NCBI GenBank assembly: GCA_030390025.1
Contig: CM059431.1
Span: forward strand, 122,948,001 to 123,012,000
DNA length: 64,000 bases
DNA from: Squalus acanthias
Lineage: Eukaryota
Direction of reading: 5' to 3'
The notes beneath the pieces were generated by a model. The model had not been told where the DNA came from. It was given only the letters and a program-made list of their open reading frames with translations, and made no database searches. The translations under genes were made by a program, and so were the position numbers. This document shows, piece by piece, positions 60,161 through 64,000 of this stretch. Every line of letters begins with the position of its first letter. Position 1 is the stretch's first letter.

Positions 60161-61689
60161 ATTTCTTTTTAATTTAAAGAAGTGATGGGGGAAAAAAATG
60201 GAAGAGGGATAACTAGACATTTCTAGGATGAATTGTACTAAGGAGAAATTTCCACTCCAATTTGATGTGGGAAATTTGAGGCAAAGTGGGAACACAGAAG
60301 ATGCACTAGGAGTGCTCTGATCAGTATTTTCCAACCTGATGGTTATTAAAGGTCACAAATGTATGATTTTGGGCGGCCGTTAACTGCGGCCCGCGGTGGC
60401 ACCGGCAGGTTTCCAGCCTACTGCAATTTCTAGACCTTATTAGACTTTAGTTACAAACCAAACAATGGACAACAGCTGTGATAGTAAGAAAAATCCAACT
60501 TTACCAGTGAGCCAAAACATACACGACAACTGTCCTTAGAGGCAAGATGAAAATAACATTTAGTTTGTCTAGCACTGTTTATCTTCAGCTAATTAACACC
60601 AATGGTGGGGGCGGGGATGTGGAAGATAGAACATAAAAACAAAGTTCTGATGGCAACAATGGCTACAAGCGCTACAAGCAGTCCGATGGAGAGTGGTCAA
60701 TCTTTAGCTACTCTTAAAAGCTGGGATCACCTAATTTAGCCAGGTTGGGGGCATACTCCCACAGTATTTTTTAAATTATTAACATATTTTATCATAATTT
60801 AATCCCTTCTCTTATCATATTTTTCTGCCTTCACACAGACTGACTGAATGTGTCCTTGCACTGCACTGTTTACTGATAGCAGCCACACCAAAGAGGAGGA
60901 CAAAGCCCCCTTCTGATTTGTCCTCTTTCAGTGATGGAGCAGCTGCCTCTGCAAGACACGTTCCACCTCGAAGCCTGGCCAAGAAGCAATAAGCCTCACT
61001 TGTAGTGCAGAGCTGAGGTTCAGTGTCAATTGAGGCTGGGATTCGAATCTCGATTCTGAGATCCCAATGCTCTACTGATGTGACAACCAGGAAACCCCAA
61101 AGTATATAAAATGTTAGCTTTGATTTAATCCGGAAAACATCATGATTTACATTGCCTCGTAGTGTTCATGCTCAATAAACTCCTTTCCTTTCCAGTATGC
61201 CATCTTTCATACTGGATTCCAGAGGGAAGGATGGTAAGAAACATAGCAAATAAATTGAAAGAGCAACCTGGAGCAGCACAAGAGCAGGTGCAGAGGAAAT
61301 ACTCGAGAAGCAGCAATGAGTGGCAGAGAAGTAACCAGAAATAAAGCTACAATGTTTATAAAAAGCTACATTTCAAAATGTTATGCTGCAAGAAGCTGTG
61401 TCAATTTAAACAGATGCACAGCAGCTACTAATGACAATTAAAATGGGAATTTTGCAATAATTCATTCAGCACTGTAGATGGTAGCATTGATCATGCAAAG
61501 CATGTGGTATTGGGTAGCTTTTAACATTAACGCATAAGCATACTAGATCTTCAGTGGGATTAACATTTGCTGCTGTTGCATTTTACAAAATCGGAGAACC
61601 AAAATCTGGTAAAAAAGCAATTTATTTTAATATTGGGTAGCTCTATAGTGGAGGGTTCATAAGTATCTGCAAATGAATAATTTATAATT

Positions 61690-62439
61690 GGGCCAGAAAT
61701 TCGGCTCTTGTCGCGCTGTGTACTCACCCGTAAGGCCACCTGAAGTGCCGGTTTCACGCATGCACTGCGCATGCGCGGGAAACCAGAACTTCCGTTCCCC
61801 TGAAGGGAGGGGTTCAGAAGTCGAATGTGCGCGCGGGAGAGGCTGCGCGCACGCAGCAAACTTTTTTTTTCAGGTTTCTCCGTGAGGGTAAGTATGGAGA
61901 AGCTGCACATTTAAAAAGGAGGCGCAAGGCCTGTTTTTAACAAGGTAAGTGGTTAATTAATTACAATTTAAAAATTTTTTCAACAGGTTTATCTTTTTTA
62001 CATACTTTAAAGAAAGGTAAGTTTATTTTTAGCACCGTTAAAAAGTTTAATTAATTTTTTCAAAAATGTATATTTTTGTTTAAAGCAGTTAATTTATGTA
62101 ATTTATAGTTATCTTAAAAATGTGATGGTTTTTAAAAAATTTATTTGAAGTTTTAATGTGGTTTTGGGGCCGATCTCTATTCATACATTTGACAGGTCTT
62201 CCTGTCAAATCTATGAATGAAACTTCCCTGCTAGGATTGACTCTCCATGGCCCACGTGATCCCAGGGGACTCTTCGAACTAACTGCGCGCCTGGGATACG
62301 CAAGCACTGCGCGCCGGCAGCTGCAGGAGGCCCAGGATCCGAATTCCTCGTGGGCCCGAAGCACAACGGCAGGCGCGGTAGGTAAGTGCGCGCGCGATGC
62401 TTGCACCCGCAGGAAGCCGGAGAGTCGAATTTCTGGCAC
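61690..62439. mobile_element. 750-bp MITE, inverted sister copy of 5520-6269
   Basis: GGGCCAGAAATT / AATTTCTGGCAC termini. Colinear reverse-complement similarity to 5520-6269. Confidence 0.85.
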
Positions 62440-62800
62440 AATGTTTATGTGTATTGAACAATATTTATGCGTAAAACAAGTCAAGAATATGTTTTTTTTT
62501 CCATTTGAAAATAATGCACAATCACCAAAGTAATTCTGAGTGCAGTGAGAAATCAGGATGGAAAACTTTATCTGACTAACACAGTCCGTGTTCGAACTTT
62601 TCATAAATCTCTAGAACAGTGAAAAGAAAAAACTTGCACTTGCTAAGCACTATCACATCCTCAGGACATGCTAAAGCACTTTACAGCCAATGAATTACTT
62701 TTGAAGTGTAGTCACTGTTGTTATGGTGGCTAACGCGGCAGCCAATTTACGCAAACAAGTGACAAGTTATCTGTATTTGATGCTATTGGTTGAGGGATAA

Positions 62801-64000
62801 TAAGCCGCAAGTGCAAGGCATTCCTGATCTGGAAACAGCAACACAACTCGAGAGCAAGAAAGCAACTCTACAGACGCCTGAAGGCCGAGGTCCAACAAAA
62901 ATCTCGCGACCTAAAGAACAGATGGTGGATGGAGAAAGCGCAGGAGATCCAGCAGCTAGCCGACAAACATGACGTGCGTGGATTCTTTAGCGCAGTCAAG
63001 ACCACCTATGGCCCAAGCACCCAAGGTCCTACCCCACTGCGGGCCAAGAATGGAGAGGTACTCATCAAGGATAGAGAGGCAGTCAGTGCCCGCTGGAAGG
63101 AGCACTTCAAAGATATCCTTAACCGAGACTCTGTCTTCGACGCGAGTGTCCTCAGCTTCATCCCGCAGCATGTTACCCGCCACCATCTCAGCACAACCCC
63201 TGCCCGGCATGAGGTTGAAAAGGCCATCTGACAACTGAAGAACAACAAGGCCTCAGGAGCAGATGGAATCTCTGCCGAGGCACTAAAGCATGGCGGAGAA
63301 GCACTATTGGCAAGAATACATGATCTCATTTCTCTTATCTGGAAGGAGGAGAGCATGCCAGGAGATCTCAGAGATGCCGTAATCGTGACCATCTTCAAGA
63401 AAGGTGACAAGTCCGATTGCGGTAATTACAGAGGAGTCCCCCTGCTGTCTGCCACAGGGAAAGTAATCGCAAGAATCCTCCTCCATCGCCTTCTCCCAGT
63501 GGTTAAAGAGCTCCTCCAAGAGTCGCAATGTGAATTCCGCCCACTAAGGGGCACAATGGACATGATCTTCACCGTGCATCAGATACAAGAGAAATGCAGG
63601 AAACAGCACCAACCGCTGTACATGGCCTTCTTTGACCTCACAAAGGCCTTTGACACTGTCAACCATGAGGGATTATGGAGTGTCCTCCTCAAATTCGGCT
63701 GCCCTCAAAAGTTTGTCACTATCCTCCGCCTGCTTCACGACGACATGCAAGCCGTGATCCTGACCAACGGATCCACCACAGACCCAATTAACGTATGGAC
63801 CAGGGTCAAGCAAGGCTGGGCCATCGCACCAACGCTCTTCTCGATCTTCCTTGCTGCAATGCTCCATCTCACCCTCAGTAAGCTCCCCGCTGGAGTGGAG
63901 CTAATCTACAGAACAAACGGGAAACTGTTCAATCTCCATCGCCTCCAGTCCAGATCCAAGGTCATGCCATCCTCTGTCATCAAATTACAGTATGCAGACG
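62801..64000 (+). mobile_element. RTE-clade LINE, 5'-truncated, runs off the window end
   Basis: EKAQEIQQLADKHDVRGFFSAVK...RWKEHF and RT motifs up to CAGTATGCAGACG (QYAD). Same family as 32295-34378. Confidence 0.93.

Overview
Repeat-saturated vertebrate non-genic (intergenic or intronic) DNA, most likely from a cartilaginous fish. That is an inference from the mix of CR1, L2, RTE, HE1/V-SINE-like and Deu-domain SINE repeats. No host protein-coding exon could be supported. Main contents: (1) a 4227-bp PIF/Harbinger transposon (46144-50370, ATG TSD) with an uninterrupted 386-aa DDE transposase and a convergent three-exon Myb/SANT partner gene that is one homopolymer base away from intact. (2) Four older Harbinger remnants and many Harbinger-type MITEs. 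(3) A 5.9-kb internally deleted endogenous retrovirus (35903-41771, minus strand) with ~97% identical LTRs, a tRNA-Ser PBS, a 5-bp TSD and a non-gamma-type env resembling foamy-virus TM / paramyxovirus F, apparently started from a 17-nt spliced leader exon. (4) A Penelope-type minimal hammerhead ribozyme. (5) Two internally deleted LINE derivatives, an RTE with a 72-bp TSD, and a 128-bp near-perfect inverted duplication inside a SINE. All calls were made by eye, so the boundaries of old repeats are approximate.
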